Positions 1 to 12,300 of a stretch of 64,000 nucleotides of DNA are shown here, piece by piece; the stretch's first letter is position 1; each line of letters begins with the position of its first letter. The DNA is taken from NCBI GenBank assembly GCA_002633005.1, contig NMRA01000113.1:464441-528440 (forward strand). The letters run 5' to 3'. Origin of the DNA: Phoronis australis (Eukaryota; Animalia; Phoronida). A program made the position numbers and the translations under genes. The notes under the pieces were generated by a model. The model was not told the origin of the DNA. It did no database searches and was given only the letters and a program-made list of their open reading frames with translations.

Positions 1-398
1 TAAAATCTCGAGTTTTTACTTGAGTTTGAAGTGTGAACTTGAACTAGGAAGTCACATGCGTAAACCATAATGTACTCAAGCAGAGACTAATGGACACAAA
101 ACTAGATGGGAAAATGTCTAAAATAATTTTGATTTCGGTTTTGAGTATCAAATCAGACCCTGGTTAAAGGACTAAGCATGGCATCTAAATGTCATAGACA
201 AGTAATGTTCCAAAAGTTAGAGAGTTAAGTAGAGCTACAGCCTGTGATAAAGGTACATGTCATTTTTACTTCAGAAAAGATTACAGGTTGCTGCCAGATG
301 TTATATTTGAGATAGCACTGTACAAGCAGAATTACAAAAGAAAACTATCAGAAAAGTATTCAAGAGTGATAGCATTTAAGACAACTAACAGTACTTAC

Positions 399-3300
399 TT
401 CTACAGTACATCCAGGTTTGACCGACTCTCTAAAGCCACCCAAAGCACACAAGGTGGCGTTGATCTGCTTTGTGATAGTCAACACATGATCCATGTTAGT
501 TTCCTCTGATGGCAGACTGTCAATGAGGTCACCAAGGTCAGGCAGGCTGGACAAGATAGAGGACAACACCTGCAGCAAGGATGGTCAGATGAATAATACA
601 TAGACTGGGAAAGGAATGTCATATTTATCAAACACGATTTCTGGTAATTTGAAATTTTCAGTAGTCAAACATAATAATGAAAATGGCCCCTAAAAGGCAT
701 AAAATACATCTAATGCGTCCGAAAATAGAAAAGTGTTATCGTCATGGAAATTTTTTAGGAACTTTGAAGATTGACAATAAACATAAAAAAACTAAAACTG
801 CCAATAAAGGGCACAGTATTCATCTGATTCACCTGAAAGTCGTCATTTCTTGTCAGACTTATAGAAAATCACTAGCCAAATTTCACAAAGTTACTGCAAG
901 GGGTTGTGGAAGTGCAAAAACGCAAATTGCCACTAGGGGGCACAGCAGTTGCTGGAATCATCCGAAAGTTGTTGTCATCCATTGTAACATTCATACAAAA
1001 ACACCTACCAAATTTCACAAAGATCATTCAAGGGGTTAAGGAGATATAACTTCAGAAGCAAAAAAACATCAGCTGTAGTCTTCTCGACAAGAACATATCT
1101 TCAAATTTTTATTGTATTCCTTAGAGTACTTTGGCGGATAGAGAGGCGTATGCCAAAAAAAACGGACATGAAAACAAAAAAATGGCCATTAGAAGGCACA
1201 AAATACATCAAATCTGTTTGAAAATGGAAAGGCAGTGTCACTTTGTAAATAGAAACCTAAGTGCCAAATTTCCTGAAAATCCATTATTAAAGAACTTCCA
1301 TGTAGAGGCAAATGTAAAAAACTATTGTCACTAAGGGACGCAGTGATAGTCTCATCAGCTTCAAACTAGTCATCATCTGTCGCCAAATAGAAACACATCC
1401 GCTAAATCTCCTTACAGTCTTGCAAGGGATTTATGAGATGCAGCAGCAGACATCAGATGACCAGACAGACTTGACTGCAATATGCATCCACACATGTGGG
1501 TGCATGAAAAGGGAACACAAAAACAAGTTCCACAGAGCAAACGAATGACAACTTATTCAAGTCAAACGAGTTATCAACATATACCTTGTGTACTGCAGAG
1601 GTCCAGAGTTGAGCTGCGGCAGTCTCAGTGGATGACAGTAGACTGTGCAACAAGCCAATCACTTCTGAGGCCATGCTGTTGGCTACTTGACCACTGATGA
1701 AAGGGCGTACCGGGTCACTCCTAAATAACACAGTTTTATATAGTCAAAACAGTGTACGGTACAAAAAGAAACCATGCTTTATACAACAGTCTACAGAAGG
1801 CAATTTTAAGAGTTCTATCTTACTGTTGATTTCAGCAAAATAAATTAACTAATAACAATACAATAAATTCTACACCCAAAAGCAGGCCCTCGGGTACATA
1901 GTTGGACAGTTTTCACCCATAGGCCGATTTGAGTGTTGCGCCCTCATCTCATACCTGACTAATTCAGAGTTCTTTTCCTTGCAGATCACTTCACTGCCAA
2001 TCTTCTTCTTGTCCATGCCAGACTCTACCGAGTTAGACTCACTGGGGGGTCCGGTGCTGACAACTAGCCCCATCTGTGCCCAGCGAGCAGCACGACGGAG
2101 AGCCGACACTGCGTCTTCAGTGCACACTTCAGCTTTGCCATTCTGCATCAATATTCACCACAAATGACAAGCATTATACATTTATCATACATTTACTATA
2201 CCACAACTTTCGGGAGTTAATAATGCTAACAACAAAAGCGAGATGTCTGAGATTGTTTTTCAGAAGCAGTGAAGGAACATTGTAAAATATTTTAACTATC
2301 AGATTGACTGAACTCGTTCACAGATGTCAAGTGATTAAGACTTGGCAATGAGTGCCAGTGGTGAAGTAAATAACTGTGTTCTCCATTGAACAGTTCCACT
2401 AGCCTACTGCACAGGTCATGATGCCTTCATAGCTCACCTTACTCATTTCTCTGTCCATTCTCACCACCCTCTCCATGTTAGCACCAGCTCCAAGTCGAAA
2501 TGGTCTGTTCTCAGCACTGAAACCAACCAAATACTAAACTGCATCAAACAAAACATTTTCTCTCTATTTCATGATTAACAAACAAATCTTTTCTGTACTA
2601 TCTTAATTATAAAAATGAGCCTACAATGCATTTACCATTGAAATAATATTTAACGAATATAAGAGTCTGACCTTAGCAGTGGCTGAATAACTTCATGAGA
2701 AGACTGGTCCTCCCTCCTGTGTATTACCACAGACAGGCGGCCATCTTGAATGTCCTCATCAACTTTGTCCTTGTCAATACCAGATGCACCTTGTAAGGTT
2801 GTCACATCAGGCGAGATGTCATGATTTATGGTAACAGGAGAACCACCTGCAGTAGTAATAATCCTATTGGTCATGCAATATCAATGATGGAAAACACAAC
2901 GAAATTGCAAAATGTTGATGACTGCATTACATCATTTCATAGGCATACTTTGTTGAAAGTTTGGTCAAAATCCTGAGAAATGTAGGAGAATACATGCACG
3001 TATGAATTTTACACCCTGCATGGATGTACAAACACAAAGACAGAATGAGCTCACCACTACCATATCCATAGGCCTTCAGCAAGGGAAAAACATAGTACAG
3101 TTTCAATTCCGAGGCTAATAGTATTTAAGATAAATAATAACGCACATCAACAGCACCTCTTCAGAATCAACAGAATGCACGGTGCTCCTACCTGGCACTA
3201 GGAAGTCGCCCAGCTTGTAGAGCAGGAGAGAAGCTATCTTGGACTCGGGGTCAGTGAGTTCCACCTGGACGTGTTGGCTCCAGCTGGGTAGACGCACTTT

Positions 3301-6300
3301 GGCACAGTCGGCAGCACTCATCAATGGCAGAGCAACACGGCACAGCTGCAGGATGACTAGTACAAGTTTGGGAGAAGGTCTGTAAGATACCAGGCTTAAG
3401 GTAAATGCAATATTAACTTAACTTTTCATTGTTGCCCCAAAAGATCTTCAGATGCAGTTTTGATGCTTGGGATGACTTCTTTCCATTTCAATTAGGTGTT
3501 TTATTGATTTTCAACAACTTTAAACAGTGAATTAAGATTTTACATTCATTAAGGAAACATATAGCGTTTAAGAGTTGAAAATAGACATTTAAAATGACCT
3601 GAAAACACAACCTATCACAACCAAAACCTTTGAATGTGTTAAAAGACATACAATGCCAACAGTTAGACTTCCTCAAAACAGCCAATGGGTTATCAGTGTA
3701 TGTTCCTAATAGAATCCAACCAAGAAATACTAGTTACAGTGTTGGTTAAATATCAACAGCAGGCAATATCCTGCATGGCAAAGTATGTGATGTGCTACAC
3801 ACCTCTGATCCAGCAGTAGCGACAGCAACTTGGACACACAGTCTGGATGACACAGTATGGCTTTACCTAGTTTACTTCTGAAACACAACACATAAATCGG
3901 TTGACGAAACTCTTGTCATAAGTTGCACCCAATACCTGAGACAGCAAGTCGCATGCTTAAAAATTCATGGTGATAATATCATGCCTTGGTCTGTTCCCAA
4001 CATAAGAACTATGTGTAAAGCAAAGAACATAATAAACCATGTCTCATTGTTACTATACGCTAACCTCCAATTCATAACAGAAAAAAGAACAATTCAAACG
4101 ATAACACTTCAAGAGAACTGATTGTTCTGCTGTTCACTTGTGTGTAGGTAAAAACTCAAAGCTTCAAAATCACTCAGAGTGTCCCCATTAGCTGACCTAC
4201 GTCCACACTAACCTGGACAATTCATTGAGCAGTATGAGAACTTCTTGAAGGGCCTCACTACTTGCAGCTTCACAGCCTGTGTGCTCAGTTGCACGAGCAA
4301 GGTGGTTGGTCAACAGAACAGATACCTGCCGGGCAACGCCAGAGTGTTCAAACTCCTTGGGGTAATGACCTAGAGGAATAAGAATATATGAAATAGTAAA
4401 TGCAAAATTATATGAACAAGACAAATTTTAAGGGTGCAGTATATGCATGTATCAGTGAATGGATAACTTAGCCAATAAAGATAGACTCCCATGGTTTCCA
4501 GAATTCCTATAGTTTATTTTGATTTTTTGTTTTAAAATATACTTCTCAGCCATAAAACATTTAAAGTTAAGGCATTCTTTTTAATTTTTTGTAATGTATA
4601 TGCAATATTTCGAGTGCAATAGAAACCAATAAGTACTTTGTTTTCTTCTATCTGCAATTTTGTACCAAAAAGACAAAGGAATTCATTTCAAACATAAACC
4701 TACGACAGGACTTAACACTAACTTTTTTAACTTTTGTGTAGGGTAAATAAAACAAAAATTTCACTTGAATGCCCTAAGAAAAAATACTTGCTTAACCAAG
4801 TTACTGAGTTATACAGCCTTCAAGTCAACAATCCAACTACTTCCAAGCTATGTTGTATACCATTTGATCCAGATATACAAATTCACTCTTCAAATCATCC
4901 ACTACTTGCAGTAGCCCATCAGGCATGCAACTTTCAAATTTTACTTGCCCAACAGCAAACGTTACTTGTTGTCGGGCTGTCGGGCTACTGTTATTGTCAA
5001 GCCCTGTATGAAAAACAATAGACACCAAAATTTAATAACATTCTCGAATTTCTAAATGCTATTTACCAACGTTGAGGATTGATACCAATATGTCAAGTGT
5101 GACTAGTAAACCACAGATGATGGCATATTCAAATAACTGCAAGTCACACATGACACCAGTACCACAGAATGAGAACTGAGCCAGGACTCACCTTAATCAC
5201 ACCTCCTTATAACACACAACTGTAACAACTCACAGCAGTACCACAGTATGAGAACTATGCTAGGACTCACTTTTGCCACACCTCCACATAACACACAACT
5301 GTCTCATATCACAGCAGTACCACTAGTACCAGAACTGTCCTAGGACTCACCTTAATCACATCTCCATATAACACACAACTGTCTCATATCACAGCAGTAC
5401 CACTAGTACCAGAACTGTCCTAGGACTCACCTTAATCACATCTCCATATAACACACAACTGTCTCGTATCACAGCAGTACCACTAGTACCAGAACTGTCC
5501 TGGGACTCACCTTAGTCACATCTCCATATAACACCAAACTGTAGCGTATAACAGCAGTACCACTAGCACCAGAACTGTCCTGGGACTCACCTTCATCATG
5601 TTCCCACATGACACACCTGTTGGCCAACACTTGGAAGCCTGCCCAGGCCATAGCTGCCACCCTCTGTCTCACACTCTGGTTGTTGGTATTGTCGCCACGG
5701 TAATTACTCAAACTACACAGGCGATCCAACAGATGGACTAAACCGCAGCGCACAAGGCACTTCTCATCTGCTCTGTAATGAAAGCAACTAGCATGTAAAC
5801 TGTTCTCAAGTGCTACAGCAACTAGCATGTAAACTGTTCTCAAGTGCTACAGCAACTAGCATGTAAGCTGTTCTGAAGTGCTACTTGTAAACGATTCACT
5901 GTCTGCTCATCTAATAAAAATAATCTTAAGAGAGTGCTGATGTCAAACTAAACTACTGAACAGTGAGTCACTCAGCGGGGCGTCACTGAAGAGTGCGTCA
6001 CTTGAGGACACAGATGCGAATCAGACAATGTGAGAGAAAAATGATTAGATGAACGTGCCTGATGTGTGGATGAGACAATTCTGTCATTTGAATACTTCAA
6101 CAATGAGTATGAAGACTCCGTGAACAGCGTTCAGGTGACTGGTGTTTAACAATGCAGTTCTACAGTCAACAACTACCCACTAAATCCACTGTTGTCTTCT
6201 TCAAATGTAACAAATCACATGAAAAAATTCCTCCATATTTTAGAATTGGATGATGACACCTAGAGCGATGACAAGCCTAATTCAGATGGAGGACAGATGC

Positions 6301-9300
6301 CCAGACCATAACACAGCCTATTTAAGGACTGGTATTTTGCTCTTGTACTTGTGGTATGAACAAAGGAATGTTAAAACATAGTTATAGTGTTGCAATAAGC
6401 GAGATGCACACAAATCATAAGTCAAGGAGTATACAAATAACTGTAAACATGTTCTCTTAACGGGTTCTGATCATAGTATTCATGGTTATAATAACTGAAA
6501 CAAGTCAACACGTGTGACTATATTCATGTGGTCACAGACATCTGGCAAACAGACAGACTATGATGACAATATACTAGGAGCGTCACCTGGTGTATGGTAT
6601 GATGCAGAGTAGACCTATACTGTTAGCACAAGCTATAGGGTAGCGTGCTGTTAACTGTACAACTGCTGTCATGGTCTCAGAGAAGGCCCCTTGTACCTCG
6701 GCTGTCATACCTCCACAGCTCAGCTCTTCCACTCTACAACAATTCATCAGAATAGGCATAACACAGAAGCAGGTGAAAATGACACAATAATGCACAAAAC
6801 AAAACCACACCAAACAGTGTAGGAATCAAATAACAAGCACAGGCAAAGACACAGACACACTAATACATCAAACTTTCATCCAGTTCACAAGTTACCACAC
6901 AAACACACAAACTAAGGCTCACCAACCAAGGCTAATAGAGGTTTACAATGGCATCAAACAATGGTTTGATAACAGCAGTCAAACTCACATTCATTTTTAT
7001 TAATACAACAAACCAGAAAATATCACTGATCATGGTAGTCTTTGTTACTCCAGCATTATGTTCATTTGCAACAAACTGAGCTGGTATTTATTTCTCAACA
7101 ATACCACACCCACACCCACACCCACACCCACACCCACACACACACACACACACACACAGTATTTATGACCTAAATCCAATGTACCTACCGGGGACCGTGT
7201 TGTAACACCGAAGTCACGGCGCTCACCAGGTGTGTGGCACCTCCAACACGTGATGCAGCCGTCAACAACTCCTTCATGTGAACAAGAGCCTGCTTCCTGG
7301 TATGTCCACGCCTCCAGCGTACCTGAGCAGCCTTCAGGAAGCTTTCACAAGATACCTGTTGGTTACATTTAGTCAGTTACAAGCCAAATGTCATTGCATG
7401 ATTGAGAGTATAATAAAACTGATTACAGAAACCCAACAACACAATAATCTTTCCAAATACAAATCCCGTATTTGCCCTACTAAGCGCACAGATGCTTAGA
7501 AAAATTCATTTCAAGGGGATGCTTAATGTTACCTAAGGTGGTTGAAACCCAGTCATTGGGTGAAACCGCAAGCTAAGATTCATCAAAATTACACTCTGTG
7601 ACGTATCTGTAACCTATGACAGATTTTCTACAGAACTGTGGTGAATAAATGTTTAATTTCAGATCGGTGACTTTTTTCAAAACAGACAATACTGAGAAAG
7701 TCAAAAGACAAACAACCAGTGTTGACTACTGACAGGCTGACCCTTCACTAGAAATATGAACTGCTTTAATCTGTCCAAAGTACTCACGGCCTTCTCAGGA
7801 TTGCTGCCAAAGAAATTGAACAGCTGCTCAATCATGTGAACATGAGGTGGATGATCCTTAGACGACTCACTCATCATGTGTTGAAGGAGGGAGACAGAGC
7901 CCTTCTTCTGGGCATGTCGCTTCCTGTTAAGGCAAGTAAAGAGAGATATGGGATCTAGCACATGGCTGGACATGATGCTAAAAGTTGGATAGTATATATA
8001 AGGTGTTGCGGGAAGACAATGCCATTCTCCTGAGCATGTCGCTTCCTGATAAGACAAGTAAAGAGAAATATGGGATCTAACACATGGATGAACATGATGT
8101 TTAACGTTGGATAGTAAACATGTGTTGTGGGAGAGACAGAGTCCTCCTTCTTAGCATGTCACTTCCTGTTAGACAGTGTATGACACTACAGTACATACCG
8201 TTGTAACTTCATTATGTCAATGATACTGTCATCTTGAGAGGCAAGGTTGTCTGGAGGACTAGAACTACTTCTGAACATCTTTAAAACATCAGTGTCTGAC
8301 CGAATCATCGCACTGGCATCTACAATTAACAACCAGAGCAACGTGGAGTGTTGATATTTGCCAACAGTGTGCAACACATACAGCGCAGATACAGGGTATG
8401 ATCATTATTTTAAACATTCCAGTAGAAGGAGCACTACTTATACATGTTATTATAGCCCCTAGGGGGAGCACAAATCATGCTAGTAAAGCAGTCCTCATCA
8501 GGAAGACACCTGCCACATTTCATCATGATATCTCAATTACTTTCATAGATAAAGGGGCAGGCGATTAAGAACAGGTACAAGAACAATGAAAAGCCCACTA
8601 AGGGCACAACATAGATGAAATCCATCTAAAATATGGGACAGTGGCAATCCTTAGAACTTATTCGGCAAATTTCATGAACATCCAACAACGAACTTGGAAG
8701 TTATTGAAATAAATGTAAACTAAGAAAACCATAATTGCCACCAGGGGCTGCACAATAGTCGGATTTGTAACAAAATCCATGTCATTTGCACGCTCTTCCA
8801 TAGGAAGTTACATTGTTTCATTACAATCCATCTAGGAACTTGGTAGATAGAGTCAGACGAAAATATAAATTGCCACTAGAGGGTGCCATGCTCTTCTCAA
8901 TAGGATTATATAATGCCAATTCTCATAATGATGCTTCAAGCGGTTTGGCTGAGAGAAGCGACTGTGTAAGGGGTTTAGGAGATACAACCACAAACGCTGG
9001 ACAGACGGCAGCAACATGCAACCACATAACTATAAATGTGTGGGTGTATGAAATTCTTGTTGAATGTAAGAAGCTCTCAACAGGATCATCAAAAACACAA
9101 CACTTCCAACCACGAAACCAGTCAACACCATCAAAAATAGCCAAGCGCATCCAATGTGGACACAAATGGTGCTATTTACAAAAATTTCTTGTGCTGTGCG
9201 TGATGCTACGTATGTGGGTGAAATGCCTAGTAATTTTGGCTATTGTCCACAAGAGCATAAAAAAGATGTTGGGGAAGTAGGTGACAAAAGGTCTTTTACT

Positions 9301-12300
9301 ATAGCTGAAAGGAAAGCCTCCGTGTCAGACTGTAATTTGTCACGGATCATGCCAACAACAATGATCACGTGGCTAATTGGTCAAATGTAACCTTGCTTGG
9401 CCGGAAAGCACTGGATTACAAGAGAATAATGTGGGAGTCTATTTGGATGACGCAGACGGCTAACGCTGTGAATAAGGATGAGACTGGTCTACGTCTTAGT
9501 CCAGTATATGGTTCCCATTATCTTCAAAACGGTAAGCAGCCATTGAAAAGTGGAAAATACTAGCGAAGCAGACGCCTGAAAACCAGATGCCAAGATATGA
9601 AATTCCCATTAGGCGACACACCTGTAGTTGGCTTGGCCTAAAAACTTTTGAGTAGAGTTGTCTCCTTGTTAAGAAAGCACCTGGAAAATTTCTTAAAGAC
9701 CAGACGTGTTGGTAAATATGGAAAACTTAAAATTGCCACCTAGTGGCACAGCAATAGTCAGATCCTCCGAAAAGTCATAGTCATTTGACAATAGCTTCAC
9801 AGGAAAAAACCTGATAAATTTGATAATGAGCCAACGAGAGATTGAGGAGATACAGCAGAGGACACACAGACAGAGATGGCAGCAATATAAAAACAGATTT
9901 TTAAGCTTTAAAAGCAGCACAATCATTGAAAACTTAATAATTAATATGCACCTTTTAATTATCACATATTAGCAGACACCATGGACTGAATAGAGCACAA
10001 CAATTATTTCTCTGACTCAGAGTTGATTTATACTCGCATGAAGAAGTTGAGTTTCGGCCTTGTCATTGTAGGAAGTTTCAGGATAACAAGGGTAGGCATC
10101 ATAAGCGATACTTTAATAAGAATTCAGAAAGAAACTAGCCAATCATGCATTGATAGATAATCACGGTAATGTAATTATTATGTGCACCTTTTTGTATGTG
10201 TGACATTGCCGAGGTGGTCCTCAAGAGAGGGGGCTGTGCACCCGGCTCTAGCTCAATGTTCACATGTAGCAGCAGGTTCAGTCGTTCCATTACTCCGGAT
10301 ACCAAGGCCTTGGTCTTGTACATGGACGACTGACCACTTCCACGGCTAGACTCTGTATCAGACTGTAAACACTCCCTGTAGATATAGTAGTTGAATGGAG
10401 AACTAAATAATCAAGAGATGGCTAACAGTAGGCTAGTCTATTAACACCATGTATAAACAAATCACTTTCCACACTTTACTTCTGCCAATGGTATAACATT
10501 TTCCACAATAACCAATTGAACATATACTTCCAGGGCATTCATATACTTACACGCTGAAAAAACAATTAATCTGTCAAGTTAGTTGTAAAAAATAAATTTA
10601 ACCTTAAGGAACTAGGTGTATGTCACAAATAATCTACAACAAATGTAATGTGCCGCGACTTCACAACCTACATCACAAATTTAATGTGCCGCGACATCAC
10701 AACCTACATCACAAATGTAATGTGCCGCGACTTCACAACCTACATCACAAATGTAATGTGCCGCGACATCACAACCTACATCACAAATGTAAGGAGCTGA
10801 GACTTCAAGACATCAATCTCAAATGTAATGAGTTGAAACTTCGCACTCTATACCACAAATGCACAATGTTGAGACTTCAACACATTTCATGACTTCTTAC
10901 CTGAGACTTGAAACAGCTGCTTCAGTGTTGGCCAAGTCAAGCTCAACATCCTTGAGGTAACACAATAAAGCAAGATCCTTCTCTTTGCCCTAAAGTCAAA
11001 CAACACATGTTGTACATAACTTGTTTTGATTTAAGTCAAAATACACTCAAATGTCACATAAAACCTGTTTTACTTTAAGCCAACAACTAAATAAAAGTCC
11101 TTTTCACAAGTTCTGTAGCGTTATAAAATAGCAAATGCCAGCTTAATGGCTCGATGTCATGTGTATGTGGGTGTATAAAAATTATGACGATGAAGCCAGT
11201 ATCCACCAGGTAAACTATTCAAGATTTCGGGTGAAAAAACAATATCAATGGTCAATGAAGAGTTTTGGGTGAAAAATCCATTCTTCATCCAGGGAAACAG
11301 ATGAGGAAGAACTTTGTTGCATTCGCACAGGTAGACATAAAAAATGTTGGCATTTTATCAATAAAAACAGAGAGAATTGGTCATCTTAATACAGTCACTT
11401 TAACATTTTGCCTTTCTTAAAACATTATGAAACAGTAAGAATGAACCAGAAAATTAATAATAGCAAGTTTAAATCACACTGAGGATGACAGACATAACCA
11501 CTGTTGAACAATTGTTTAACAGTGTTTTAAATTAGCCCTCTGCTATCAAGATGTGATTGTTTATTGTAACTTCATTATGTTTAAGGAGGGTAGCTAAAAA
11601 GTTATTAACCAATTAATGTTATCTTTATGATATGCACTCTTGTTAAGGAAGGTTCAGAGATGGCGAGAACATGCATACACATTAAATCCTGGTAAAAAGT
11701 GTTTACATTCCAAACTTTGGTAAACAGTGTTTACATGTCAAAGCCTAGTAAACTTACACGTCAAACCTTGGTAAGCAGTGTTTACATGCCAAACCCTGTT
11801 AGAAAGAGTTTACATGTTGAACACCTGGTAAACAGCGTATACACATCAAACACTCGAGTAAACACGGTTCAAACGTACTTTGAATGAATGCAGTGGACTG
11901 AGATGGCAGACTGCACTAGATTAGAATAATAATTAGGATGACCTGACCTCTATCCTCATGCTAATGTCATACCTCATTGAGATGGAAGTCCATGAAGAAG
12001 GCAGTGGCTACTTGTGACAAGCCTTGTTGGATATCTTCTACTTCAGTCAGCCATCTTTGTTCTAAGTCAGCCAATGCCTAAAATGATTCAACATTTAAAA
12101 ATTATAACCAGATTTTATAAAATGACCAAATATTATTACATCTTTAATCAACTACAATTGAATTTCATACAAAATGCCATTCACAGCAATTCCATAACAA
12201 ACTGTAACAAATTACAGAAAACCTACAAGTGCAACAATGACTTAAGGACAAAACAAAGAAGATGATCACAAGTAACACACAGTCTAACACTTTGTTTACA

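Noticed and set aside
5160-5590. CRISPR-like regular repeat array
   Set aside because: Whole units repeat with no unique spacers, the context is a eukaryotic intron, and there are no cas genes.
10620-10892. His/Cys-rich repetitive ORF (KCNVPRLHNLHH)n suggesting a metal-binding peptide
   Set aside because: It is the translation of a 36-bp intronic minisatellite antisense to HECTD4, with no evidence of being a gene.
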